Positions 20,475-29,757 of a stretch of DNA of 64,000 nt are shown piece by piece. The position numbers and the translations under genes were made by a program. The stretch's first letter is position 1. The number at the start of each line of letters is the position of its first letter. Origin of the DNA: an uncultured delta proteobacterium (GTDB lineage: Bacteria > Desulfobacterota > Binatia > UBA9968). Under the pieces are notes generated by a model, which saw only the letters and a list, made by a program, of their open reading frames with translations, was not told the origin of the DNA and searched no databases. The stretch spans positions 288,001 through 352,000 of the forward strand of contig CAVYTU010000015.1 in the NCBI GenBank assembly GCA_963771465.1, written 5' to 3'.

Positions 20475-21300
20475 AGGAGTTTGCCGTGCTTTTTTATCTC
20501 CACTATGTATAGAACACTCTGCGGCGTAATGCCGTACTGCTTGAACACTTTTTGGCCAAAAAATTTCTGACCAAGCTGATGAACGACAAATGCCGCCTCT
20601 TCTACCCTTTTTAAGAATCCTTGCTTTGAATACAAACGCAGTCATCTTGGCCGAACCGCCTCCACCGCTCGGCGACATCGGTCACTGAAGGATCTTCATC
20701 AATTTCATCAATGCTCAGCACAATCGGCACAACCAGAATACCTTGTCTGTCCCATTTTAAATTCTAAATAATTCTCGCAGTGCCCTCCTATCATCGATGA
20801 CGTGCTCAAGCATGTGCGAGCAAATAAAAAAAATCAAAGTGATTGTCCGAGTAGATTGTCATGTCCACTATATCAACGTTGTCATCGACATCCTGCATAA
20901 GCAAATTGGCTGTCCGATAGACGATGAGGCGATTTAACGCAATAGCCAGATTCTTGATAAAGGACTTTAGCAGCGGTGACGGCGCAAAATCAACGATCCT
21001 GATAGCACTTTCCTGTCGGGCCTTGGCAAAGTATTGCTCGAGATAGAAGGGTATAATCTATCACGAGCACTCCCCCACACGCAGGACATAAATAATTTTT
21101 TACGTTACAGAATTCGGAGTCCTCAAACTTATATTTCAACCGTGCTTTCTGAGATTTTCCAAGAAAAACTCAGGTAGTGGCAGAAAATTTTTTACCGGAT
21201 GGTTGCATAAGGAACAGTAATGCTTTGCGCCAAAAAATACCGGCCGTTAACTGAATCCTTGTAACTGACGATTTAAGATTTTCGCCTCAAAATGCCATCT
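20471..21300 (-). pseudogene. Heavily degraded zinc-finger class I SAM methyltransferase
   Basis: Manual translation YCSLCNHPV..YLCPACG / SARDRL..IVDFAPS..YRTANL..DIVDM..FDFF / ICSHMLEHVIDDRRALRELFRI / ..ERWRRFGQDD..SVLYIVE; at least five indels; 5' boundary approximate. Confidence 0.8.
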
Positions 21301-21486
21301 TGCCTTCGCAAGTCATTTTAGCGGTTCACGGTCCGTGCTTTACAAGTGAATTCACTTTTATCTGGTCCACAGCGAATCCTCGAGCCCTGGAATTTCTTTC
21401 TAAATTTGCATCGCATTGAATTTAGCCTTATCTGTATTGTGAGTCATGGCCGGGATTGAGATCAGTATTATTTCGCGGGAGGTCCT

Positions 21487-22167
21487 ATGAGTGATCCACG
21501 TGATGAGTACCTGAGCCAGATCGTTAAAGGCAAGTCCTTTGCCGACGTAGGGGGTCTGTGGGGTACAGTAAGCGAAAAAGTGTCAGTGGCACATCGATAC
21601 GGCGCGAGTGCCTTAACCATGATCGATGTTGCTCCACCGCCAAACGAAGAATGGCGGTTATTTGAGGAGCGCAGACGAGACCTGCGGCTTCCTCCGGTGA
21701 ATTGCATCAGTGGCGATGTCGTGTCGTTAGTGGAGAGCAATACATGCCCTCAATTCGACGTGGTGCATTGTTCTGGGGTCCTCTATCACATTCCCGACCC
21801 CGTGCGTTTGGTGGCAGCACTACGCAAAATTACCCGGGAATATCTGATACTTTGCTCCGTGGTCACTGCAACAAGAGTCGAAAGTGATGAGGGCACTCTG
21901 GAACTTCCTAATGCTGCTGCCCTTTTTATTCCGGCTCTGCAGGACCGAGAACACAGAATCCTATCGTCTTACTGGAGGCGCTTCGTCGGTGATCAAGCTC
22001 TCGGCATCACTGGCCCGCAATCATCTTGGCAGTTAGATGACTTCTCTCCGTGGTGGTGGTTGCCAACGGTGGAGTCGCTCAAGTCGATTTGCACGGTTGG
22101 CGGCTTTCGTTTTCATAAAGGTGCTCACTTCTGGAATGACAATACCTTTGTCTTGCTTCTGTCGTAG
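21487..22167 (+). CDS. Class I SAM-dependent methyltransferase
   Basis: SFADVGGLWG and FDVVHCSGVLYH motifs; GGAGG upstream of the ATG. Confidence 0.85.
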   Translation: MSDPRDEYLSQIVKGKSFADVGGLWGTVSEKVSVAHRYGASALTMIDVAPPPNEEWRLFEERRRDLRLPPVNCISGDVVSLVESNTCPQFDVVHCSGVLYHIPDPVRLVAALRKITREYLILCSVVTATRVESDEGTLELPNAAALFIPALQDREHRILSSYWRRFVGDQALGITGPQSSWQLDDFSPWWWLPTVESLKSICTVGGFRFHKGAHFWNDNTFVLLLS

Positions 22168-22343
22168 GCGACGACACCGAGTGGACAGATGTCGTCAACT
22201 CCACAATTGAAATCCTCTGTAACAATTCTAACTGAGTTTCGTCAGGCGGGCCCATGTTGGGTTCCTGCCTCCTCTGAATTTTGGCTTTAATAACGGCCGT
22301 CATAGCCACTACAGCATCCTTCGGCGTGACCTCGGCTGCGTGG

Positions 22344-24167
22344 CTATTCAGCTAGCAGTTCTCCCGGCGTAGCTCCGGGGTTCTGGATTAGCCCCCGTAT
22401 AAGCCTCAAATATACGTCGGCGTATCCGCGTGAATCGTGACGCCTACGAACCAAAGCTGCGCCGTTCTTGGCGACCCTCCGGCGTTTTTCCGCCGGCTCA
22501 CTCAGCACACGCTCGAGGGCAAGCGTGAGCGCACCGAGGTCGCACGGGCGACACAAGTAACCGGTTTCCCCATCGTTGATTAATTCCGGTAGTCCAAATA
22601 CCTCAGTCGCAAGGACAGGGACTTCAAACGCCATTGCCTCGAGGACGCATCTGGGCATCGATTCTACGTCCGATGGGCAGACAAACAGATCGGCCGACGC
22701 ATACCACTCGTAGGGTTCCGGAACCACCGGCGAAATGAGAACACGGTGCTCGAGTCCAGCAGCCATAACATAGGAGCGCACTGCCTCTCCATACGGGGAA
22801 CCCGTATCGCCGACCAGGACAAGAAAGGCATCAGAATGCGCCTCAGCGATCTCTCTGAAAGCCTGGAGCAGGATAACTTGCGACTTGCGCGGTTCGATGG
22901 TGCTCATGCACAGAATAACAGTTGCGCTCTTGGGAATGCCGAGTCGCCCGCGGGCAGCGTCCTTGTCAAACGAGGCCCGGTAATGATCTATTTGCACTAC
23001 GTCGATACCGTAGGGAACAATGATGAACCGATCAGGATCACCGTACGACTGATACAGGATCCGTGTGGCTTCGGCTTCGAACACAACCGCCGCGGCTTTG
23101 CCTAGCGCGTCGGTGACGTTTCGCCGGATTTGGGGATGCGCGCCCGGGGGCGCGTGAGCCACGGTCCAGAGTACATGGGGTTTATAGCTCTCGTGGATGG
23201 CCCATACAAAAGGAATCCCCAAGCGGACGGCCACCTCGGGGCCGGGAAAAGAAACCACCGTGTTCACTAGTACCGAGTTGAATCCTTGGGGGCGCGCCCA
23301 GGCGACGAGTTCATTGACCTGACCTTCAAACGTCTCGAATTGTAGATAAGGGTATCCGTGGATCACATGGACCGGAATGCCCAATTTTTCGAATGCTGAA
23401 CGCAATGGGCCGTCGTCAGGTGCCACTACCGTACTGGTAAAGTCATCCCGGCAAGCGAGTTGGCGAAGAAGCTCGTACAGGTACAGCTGTCCGCCTCCGA
23501 ACCCCAGATGATGGGTAAAGGCAAGAAGTCTAATTTGTTTCTCGCCAGTCTGGGAGCGCACCGACACCGCGCGCTCGCGCTGTGCGCGAAGCTGCTCCGC
23601 TCTCCAATTAACCTCGTATGGGGGTTCTCGAGGTTTTACGTGCACCGTGAGCGGGGGAAGCGGATAACATGAACCGTCGAGGTCGTAGACGTCCGCGGCC
23701 AACGTAACAGAGCGGCGTTCGTCCGGCACGGTGGTAAGGTCAAGAACATACTCGAACCCGCTCACGACAGCGTCCGGTCGCCCCGGGAACGACGCTGCCA
23801 GGTCGGGCCGGTAAACACCAAGACGTGCGGCTCCCTGAACCTCCCCGTCTACGATGATGTCAACCCGCGTGAGGGGCGTGGCGAGAACCGCCCAGCCCCA
23901 CACCCGTATCGCCTCGCGGGGCCGCGTCTCATTCGCCAAGGGGCACTCGATAAAGCCGATTTCTGAAGTGCTCAACATCCGCCTGCCAAACCTGTGAATG
24001 TGCTGACGCGTAAGGTCGGATGTTGGATCCTTAGGCAAGACCAGAGTCCTAAGACTGCGTTTTACAAGATCGTAGGAATAGCGTCGTCTCGTCCCGAAAG
24101 GAAGAAGCCGGTCACGTAAATCTCGAAGTTTCACAATGCGCCCACGCGAAGTTATTTTTGATTTCAC
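22344..24167 (-). CDS. Glycosyltransferase family 4 with an Ig-like domain; ancestral N-terminus decayed
   Basis: VWGWAV..RPDLAASFP..SGFEY Ig-like segment; HHLGFGGGQ; ESMPRCVLEAMA; frameshifted remnant upstream to about 24240. Confidence 0.82.
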   Translation of the reverse strand: MKSKITSRGRIVKLRDLRDRLLPFGTRRRYSYDLVKRSLRTLVLPKDPTSDLTRQHIHRFGRRMLSTSEIGFIECPLANETRPREAIRVWGWAVLATPLTRVDIIVDGEVQGAARLGVYRPDLAASFPGRPDAVVSGFEYVLDLTTVPDERRSVTLAADVYDLDGSCYPLPPLTVHVKPREPPYEVNWRAEQLRAQRERAVSVRSQTGEKQIRLLAFTHHLGFGGGQLYLYELLRQLACRDDFTSTVVAPDDGPLRSAFEKLGIPVHVIHGYPYLQFETFEGQVNELVAWARPQGFNSVLVNTVVSFPGPEVAVRLGIPFVWAIHESYKPHVLWTVAHAPPGAHPQIRRNVTDALGKAAAVVFEAEATRILYQSYGDPDRFIIVPYGIDVVQIDHYRASFDKDAARGRLGIPKSATVILCMSTIEPRKSQVILLQAFREIAEAHSDAFLVLVGDTGSPYGEAVRSYVMAAGLEHRVLISPVVPEPYEWYASADLFVCPSDVESMPRCVLEAMAFEVPVLATEVFGLPELINDGETGYLCRPCDLGALTLALERVLSEPAEKRRRVAKNGAALVRRRHDSRGYADVYLRLIRGLIQNPGATPGELLAE

Positions 24168-24376
24168 GCCGCTCGACTAGGGGGCTATTTAGTCTATCCT
24201 ATGTTGCAACGCATGCGCTAGTACTTCAATCTTATGCCGCAAATAACAAGATTTTCCTCATGACCCATCAATCTGTGACATTGTATCGATCATACCAAGA
24301 GAAATACTAAGGAAACTTTATTCGAAGCAAGCGGCAGTCGAGTAGGTGTCAGAGAACATATCAATAAATTTTTTCT

Positions 24377-25016
24377 CTAGAAGCGGGCTTGATACTCAGG
24401 GGAATTTATAAATGCACCAATCGCCGATGTGAGCGGCACTCCTGAGTTCAACACTCCAACCCATCCAGAAAAGCCTCCGGGGTCAGGGTCCCGCCGCAGC
24501 ATATCAAAATACAAAAGCGAGATGTCCACCCGGTTCTGGCTTGCACTGAGATTCTGAAACTCACCCGAATCCAAAAAACCTAATGCCACCTGTGCCCTAG
24601 TTACCTGTCCGCTATTGAGTGCCTGCGCCCAACCATTAAATCCCCCAGGGTCCGATGAACGGAGCAGTATATTGTTGTACATCGTCTCTACAAATTGCCC
24701 GTTGGTTAGATTACTGCCAAACCTAGACTGAAACTCGCCTGAGTTCAAAAACACCTGTACAATCTGCTCTCGCGATACCCCCGCCACCAATGCCCCTAAC
24801 CAACCCCGAAACCCAGCATGGTCGGCGTCTCGCGTCAAAATTCCTAAGTAGCTCTGGGCGATAAACTTCCCCTCAAAGCGGAATTCCCCGGAATTCATGA
24901 ACGCTTCAATCAAATCGGCCTTCGATAACCCACTGTCCAGTGCATTCACCCAGCCAGAAAATCCCCCAGGGTCGGGCTCGCGATCTAGAAAATCCAAATA
25001 CTGCTCACGGACGAAC
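24377..25016. repeat. 640-nt dispersed repeat, copy A (DUF4214-like tail)
   Basis: Ungapped alignment to 26291..26930 with about 43 mismatches by manual count (about 93% identity). Confidence 0.97.
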
Positions 25017-26260
25017 ACTGGATGATCGTTTGGAAACTGACGGGAAATGACAAAGATCTTACCCTGTCCAAAGGAAAGGACATAAAGCAAGCCATCTGGA
25101 CCCACCTTGAGATCTGTGATTCCACCGAAACCCGTTCCTAAAATGAGCTCTTGAAGTTCTCCACTACTGTCAGCTACCAGATCGGTGAGTCCGAGACTTG
25201 TAAATTCAAAACCATCTCGGGTCGCATTAACTTTGAAATAATAGAGGTTACCGTTATTAATATCGCCAACAAAGACATCGTTCTGGTAATCGACTCCCAG
25301 AAGAGGGGATTGCATGAATACGATAGCGGTTGGCCCTACTGTATTAAGCCATGAGAACTTCGGATCAGCATAATGCGAACCAGGGAAAAGCACCAGATCG
25401 CCAACGCCCTGAGGGTCGCGGCTGTTCGGTCCCATGATCTTTTCCCATCCGCTATTAAACCCTGGCAGGACCAAATTAACTTCATCGTAACTGTCCGGCC
25501 CGTTCTCGGTATCCCAAAGTTCGCCGGTGAGTGGATCAAAGGCCAAGCCAAAGCTATTTCGAACCCCATAGGCATAATACTTTGCCAGTTCTGCCCCAAA
25601 AGGATTATCGTTCGGGATGGAGCCGTCGTCGTTGATGCGGAATATTACGCCGGTATCGTCCGGGTCCGGCCCAGAGGAGAAGTTCTGCAGCTTGCCATCG
25701 CGGTTAAGATCCCCGATCACCACATAAAGCTTTCCATCGAGGCCAAAGGTTATGGTTCCACCATTATGATTCGGCCCTGGTGTGACAGGCAAATTCAGAA
25801 TCAGAGTAGGCGTTACAAGAGCGCTGCCATTCCAAGTATAGCGATAGACGCGGTTTGCCAGAGGAAAGCCTGTACTATCGTTCCCGGTATTGCTCTCCGT
25901 GTAGTAGAGGTATACGAACGGTATAGCCGGAAAATTCGGATGGACTGCGATACCCAGTAGTCCGCGCTCGCTATTGTTATCAATAGCGACATCGAGCACT
26001 TGACCGGGTTGGAGCACTCCGTCAATAACCCGCCGAACCCGCCCGTCACCCTTTTGCAACACCAGAATGTCGCTCGGCCCAATAAAAGCCATCGCCGTCG
26101 GTTGGCTCAACCCCACCACGACTTCACTTACTTGAAGTGCAGGATCAGTCAGAGCTTGACCGCGTGAGGGAGACGAAAGAACCTGTAACCAGGATAGACT
26201 GAGCAGTAACCAGACAATTGTCTTGCGCAACCGCACGTTTCGAATTCTCCTCCAGTTCAC
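24377..26260 (-). CDS. Secreted PQQ-dependent glucose/sorbosone dehydrogenase (GSDH/YliI family) with a C-terminal DUF4214-like repeat tail
   Basis: Signal peptide; ERGLLGIAVHP, NHNGG..FGLDGKLY..GD, YAYGVRNSFG and DEVNL motifs; tail with R-x-x-D-x-x-G-F-x-G-W repeats. Confidence 0.88.
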   Translation of the reverse strand: MNWRRIRNVRLRKTIVWLLLSLSWLQVLSSPSRGQALTDPALQVSEVVVGLSQPTAMAFIGPSDILVLQKGDGRVRRVIDGVLQPGQVLDVAIDNNSERGLLGIAVHPNFPAIPFVYLYYTESNTGNDSTGFPLANRVYRYTWNGSALVTPTLILNLPVTPGPNHNGGTITFGLDGKLYVVIGDLNRDGKLQNFSSGPDPDDTGVIFRINDDGSIPNDNPFGAELAKYYAYGVRNSFGLAFDPLTGELWDTENGPDSYDEVNLVLPGFNSGWEKIMGPNSRDPQGVGDLVLFPGSHYADPKFSWLNTVGPTAIVFMQSPLLGVDYQNDVFVGDINNGNLYYFKVNATRDGFEFTSLGLTDLVADSSGELQELILGTGFGGITDLKVGPDGLLYVLSFGQGKIFVISRQFPNDHPVFVREQYLDFLDREPDPGGFSGWVNALDSGLSKADLIEAFMNSGEFRFEGKFIAQSYLGILTRDADHAGFRGWLGALVAGVSREQIVQVFLNSGEFQSRFGSNLTNGQFVETMYNNILLRSSDPGGFNGWAQALNSGQVTRAQVALGFLDSGEFQNLSASQNRVDISLLYFDMLRRDPDPGGFSGWVGVLNSGVPLTSAIGAFINSPEYQARF

Positions 26261-26290
26261 AAAAAGATGTGTGACAAGGCCGTCGGTACC

Positions 26291-26930
26291 CTAGAAGCGA
26301 GCTTGATATTCTGGGGAGTTAATAAATGCACCAATCGCCGATGTGAGCGGCGCTCCTGAGTTCAACACTCCAACCCATCCAGAAAAGCCCCCGGGGTCAG
26401 GGTCCCGCCGCAGCATATCAAAATACAAAAGCGAGATGTCCACCCGGTTCTGACTTGCACTGAGATTCTGAAACTCACCCGAATCCAAAAAACCTAATGC
26501 CACCTGTGCCCTAGTTACCTGTCCGCTATTGAGTGCCTGCACCCAACCATTAAATCCCCCAGAGTCCAACGGACGCAGCAATATGTTATTGTACATCGTC
26601 TCCACAAACTGCCCGTTGGTTAGATTGCTGCCAAACCTAGATTGAAATTCACCTGAGTCCAAAAATACCTGTACAATCTGCTCCCGCGATACCCCCGCTA
26701 ACAATGCTGCTAACCAACCCCGAAAACCAGCATGGTCGGCGTCTCGCGTCAAAATTCCTAAGTAGCTCTGGGCGATAAACTTCCCCTCAAAGCGGAATTC
26801 CCCGGAATTCATGAACGCTTCAATCAAATCGGCCTTCGATAACCCACTGTTCAGCGCATTCACCCAGCCAGAAAATCCCCCAGGGTCAGGCTCGCGATCT
26901 AGGAAGTCGAGATATTGCTGGCGGACAAAG
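26291..26930. repeat. 640-nt dispersed repeat, copy B (DUF4214-like tail)
   Basis: Matches copy A; similarity ends exactly at the TAG stop codon in both copies. Confidence 0.97.
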
Positions 26931-28588
26931 GTTTCGGTATCCAAAATGGATGGAACATACGTCAGCGTATCGCTGACGATTGGCGAAACATTGCCAACAC
27001 TGTTGATGGCGCGGACTTGGATGGTATGGGTCCCCGATGTAAGAACTGGTGCGAATTGAAAATCCTCGACATCCTCATCGAATGCACCGTCGATTGCGCT
27101 GGCCAATTGCCACGGCCCGCTGTCGACGCGAAACTCGACGCTAGTGATAAAATTTATCGTCACGTCAGTCTCCGTGGGTGAGACGAATGGCGTATCAAAA
27201 GCATAGCCGGTGTAGGTTGGCGTCGGGTCCATTGTCGGATCGGGACTAAAATGCGTCAACACCGCCGTCACCGTCGTGTCGACCGGATCGTAGCGTTCTT
27301 TACCGTCGCCGTCCGAATCGCGCCAGCCGACCATCTGGCGCGCCGGCAGCGACACTAGATGATTAGGGAAGGCTTGGAATTCTTGAACCGAGGCGTCACC
27401 CATGATCGACGGTGCCGGGTTGGAAACTTCGGCCTCACAGTTGGTATTAGCAATATTGAGATAGCCCGATCGTTCCGATGTCGTGCAGCCGCTCGATGCG
27501 TATTCATCGAGGGCGCCCCAGATGTGACCATGCTCGTGCGCGATGACGATCTCGGAGTCGTTAATGCCCCAACCGTCGTTGTCGTAGGTCAACACCATGA
27601 ACGGGCCGTTGAGATACGCATAGGCGAAACTGCCGTCGAGAAATGAACCGTCATTGTCATTGTTACTGTCGGCGATGAATATCGCGAACGCCCAGTCAGT
27701 GCCAAGCTGATTGCGTCTGTCGTTTAGATAGTTCCTCACCTGCGTGAAATATTGATTACTACTTCCAGGATAACCCAGGTTGCTCATCACTTGACTAATC
27801 CACAGGTCTTCGTCCGAGCTGCTGAGCGTGATCGGCTCGAATGTCGTCGCTACGCTGTGGTGAATGTCGTAGACAAACGTAAGGTTGGCAGGCGCTAACG
27901 CATTGTCCTTCCACCACTGCAAACCCTCGACGATCTTAGCGACGACTAAGTTTTGTCGCGAAGAACTCCAGTTCTCGCCGCTGCCGGTGCTCTCCGGTGT
28001 CATGATCCCCACGGTCATCGAGCCGATGAGATAAGCGCTGGTGTCAAAAAAACCCGGTGCGTTGCTCGCCACCGGCGCTGCCAATTTTGAACCGTCAAGG
28101 GCAACTTGCCGGTCCGGTGCAATGCGCACATCGTTAGGCGGATGGCGGCGAAGTCGCCCGGGCTTGCGGCTCGGTGGCGGCGCCGACGCTTTCATAAACG
28201 CGGCATTCCACACCGCCGCCGCAATCGGCCCGGCGTCGGTCGATTGATTGATGTCGCCGAGTTCCACTGCGCCTTGGTGGATTTGCAGCCCGGCGATCCG
28301 ATTCTTGAGGTCGGCCATTTTCTCGCTGGGCACATAAACGATCGCCGCGTTGGGAGGGAAAATATGATCGACCCGTCCGCCGACGGCGACAATTTCACCG
28401 GCAACATCTTGAATCGTCTGAGACGCTTGCCAAACGATCAGCGAATTGGCTTTCGGCGCGTTTTGCGCCGATACCCCCTGTGGCGTTATCAGCGACAAAA
28501 CAACGAAGAAAAAAATTGCCGTTAATCCGCCACCAGCCGGCAGCGACAAATGCCAACTTGTCGAGGAAATTGGCGGGTGTGAAGTCAT
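26291..28588 (-). CDS. Secreted metzincin zinc metalloprotease with prodomain, Ig-like domain and DUF4214-like tail
   Basis: Signal peptide; HEHGHIWGALDEY (HExxHxxGxxD) and SIMG Met-turn; shared tail. Confidence 0.85.
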   Translation of the reverse strand: MTSHPPISSTSWHLSLPAGGGLTAIFFFVVLSLITPQGVSAQNAPKANSLIVWQASQTIQDVAGEIVAVGGRVDHIFPPNAAIVYVPSEKMADLKNRIAGLQIHQGAVELGDINQSTDAGPIAAAVWNAAFMKASAPPPSRKPGRLRRHPPNDVRIAPDRQVALDGSKLAAPVASNAPGFFDTSAYLIGSMTVGIMTPESTGSGENWSSSRQNLVVAKIVEGLQWWKDNALAPANLTFVYDIHHSVATTFEPITLSSSDEDLWISQVMSNLGYPGSSNQYFTQVRNYLNDRRNQLGTDWAFAIFIADSNNDNDGSFLDGSFAYAYLNGPFMVLTYDNDGWGINDSEIVIAHEHGHIWGALDEYASSGCTTSERSGYLNIANTNCEAEVSNPAPSIMGDASVQEFQAFPNHLVSLPARQMVGWRDSDGDGKERYDPVDTTVTAVLTHFSPDPTMDPTPTYTGYAFDTPFVSPTETDVTINFITSVEFRVDSGPWQLASAIDGAFDEDVEDFQFAPVLTSGTHTIQVRAINSVGNVSPIVSDTLTYVPSILDTETFVRQQYLDFLDREPDPGGFSGWVNALNSGLSKADLIEAFMNSGEFRFEGKFIAQSYLGILTRDADHAGFRGWLAALLAGVSREQIVQVFLDSGEFQSRFGSNLTNGQFVETMYNNILLRPLDSGGFNGWVQALNSGQVTRAQVALGFLDSGEFQNLSASQNRVDISLLYFDMLRRDPDPGGFSGWVGVLNSGAPLTSAIGAFINSPEYQARF

Positions 28589-28994
28589 AGGACGGGTTTG
28601 ATGAATGATCTACGGCACATGCTGCCAACCATCAAAAGACGAACCAAATAGTTTTGACATGTTCGGCGCCTTTCGCACTGGATAAGCGCAATCCGGCCAA
28701 TCGTGCAAAAGCGCCAAGGATCGCCGAAGTCGCTGATTTTTAGTCCGCTTGGCACCTTGGCATGGCAATAATTCTTAGACTCCTCAGTTCAACCTTTAGA
28801 ATCAGACGATCAATCGATTTGGCAGAGTACAACATCGTCGAGCCGCCCGTTCCACGGTATCCAGGCTGGCGGAAAAATCAACCTATCGAACAGAATCTGG
28901 AACCGATCAAAGAATAGCCGATAGATTTACCGAACCCGGCCGCGGTTAGCGGCCGCTCTACCGCGCCACGTGGGAGGCGCGCGCGTTGAACGCT

Positions 28995-29753
28995 TTACGC
29001 GTGTGGTCGTTCGAGCAACTCGTGGTAGCAATCCGTTGCGGCGTCGGTTGCGCCGTGAAAAATCATCGAGCCGTGATCGAGGACGCAGGCGCGGTCGCAG
29101 ATAAGTTTGACCAAGCCAGGTTCGTGGGAAACGACAATGATGGTTTTTCCCACGGCGCGGAAACTTTGCATTTGTTTCAAGCATTTCTCGCGAAATTCTT
29201 TGTCACCAACCGCGAGAACTTCGTCCACCAGAAGCACATCGGGATTGAGATTGACCGCCAACGCGAAACCCAGCCGCGCCTGCATGCCGGAGGAATAGTT
29301 CTTAACCGCCGTGTCCATGAATTCTTCCAACTCCGAGAACTCGACGATGGCGGGATACACAGCCTCGATTTCCTTGCGGCGAAGCCCGTGGATCGAAGCG
29401 CCCAAAAAGACATTTTCTCGCCCGGTGAGCTCGGGATGAAAGCCCACGCCGAGCTCGATCATGGCGCCGACGCGGGTATCTTTGGGCATGCGAACATCGC
29501 CCGACGAAGGCGGATAAATTCCCGCGATGACTCTCAAGAGCGTGCTCTTACCGGAGCCGTTACGGCCGATGATACCGAAGAATTCACCGGACTGGATCGT
29601 CAAGTTGATATCACGCAGGGCCCAAAACGTTTCCACGCGCTCCTGATAGCGCGTGTGAAAGATTCCAACGAAAGACGATTTGATCGAATTGGAGCGATTG
29701 TGGCGAATCGAAAACGCCTTGGATACATTGACGATATCGATAAGTCCTGCCAT
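28995..29753 (-). CDS. wzt: Polysaccharide ABC exporter ATP-binding subunit, without a C-terminal carbohydrate-binding domain
   Basis: GRNGSGKST, YSSGMQARLGF, VDEVLAVGD and VSH motifs; 252 aa. Confidence 0.93.
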   Translation of the reverse strand: MAGLIDIVNVSKAFSIRHNRSNSIKSSFVGIFHTRYQERVETFWALRDINLTIQSGEFFGIIGRNGSGKSTLLRVIAGIYPPSSGDVRMPKDTRVGAMIELGVGFHPELTGRENVFLGASIHGLRRKEIEAVYPAIVEFSELEEFMDTAVKNYSSGMQARLGFALAVNLNPDVLLVDEVLAVGDKEFREKCLKQMQSFRAVGKTIIVVSHEPGLVKLICDRACVLDHGSMIFHGATDAATDCYHELLERPHA

Positions 29754-29757
29754 GTCC

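Noticed and set aside
22197-22245. Possible very degenerate fourth copy of the ACCCGG family (TCCACAATTGAAAT...CAATTCTAACTGAG)
   Set aside because: Only short, AT-rich partial matches and the diagnostic CCCGG ends are missing; cannot be separated from chance by eye
24377-26930. The 640-nt repeat pair as the template and variable regions of a diversity-generating retroelement
   Set aside because: Mismatches are not adenine-specific and are mostly synonymous, both copies are coding, and no reverse transcriptase is in the window
28655-28730. Hairpin upstream of the protease gene as a riboswitch
   Set aside because: An imperfect stem is present but no recognisable aptamer consensus
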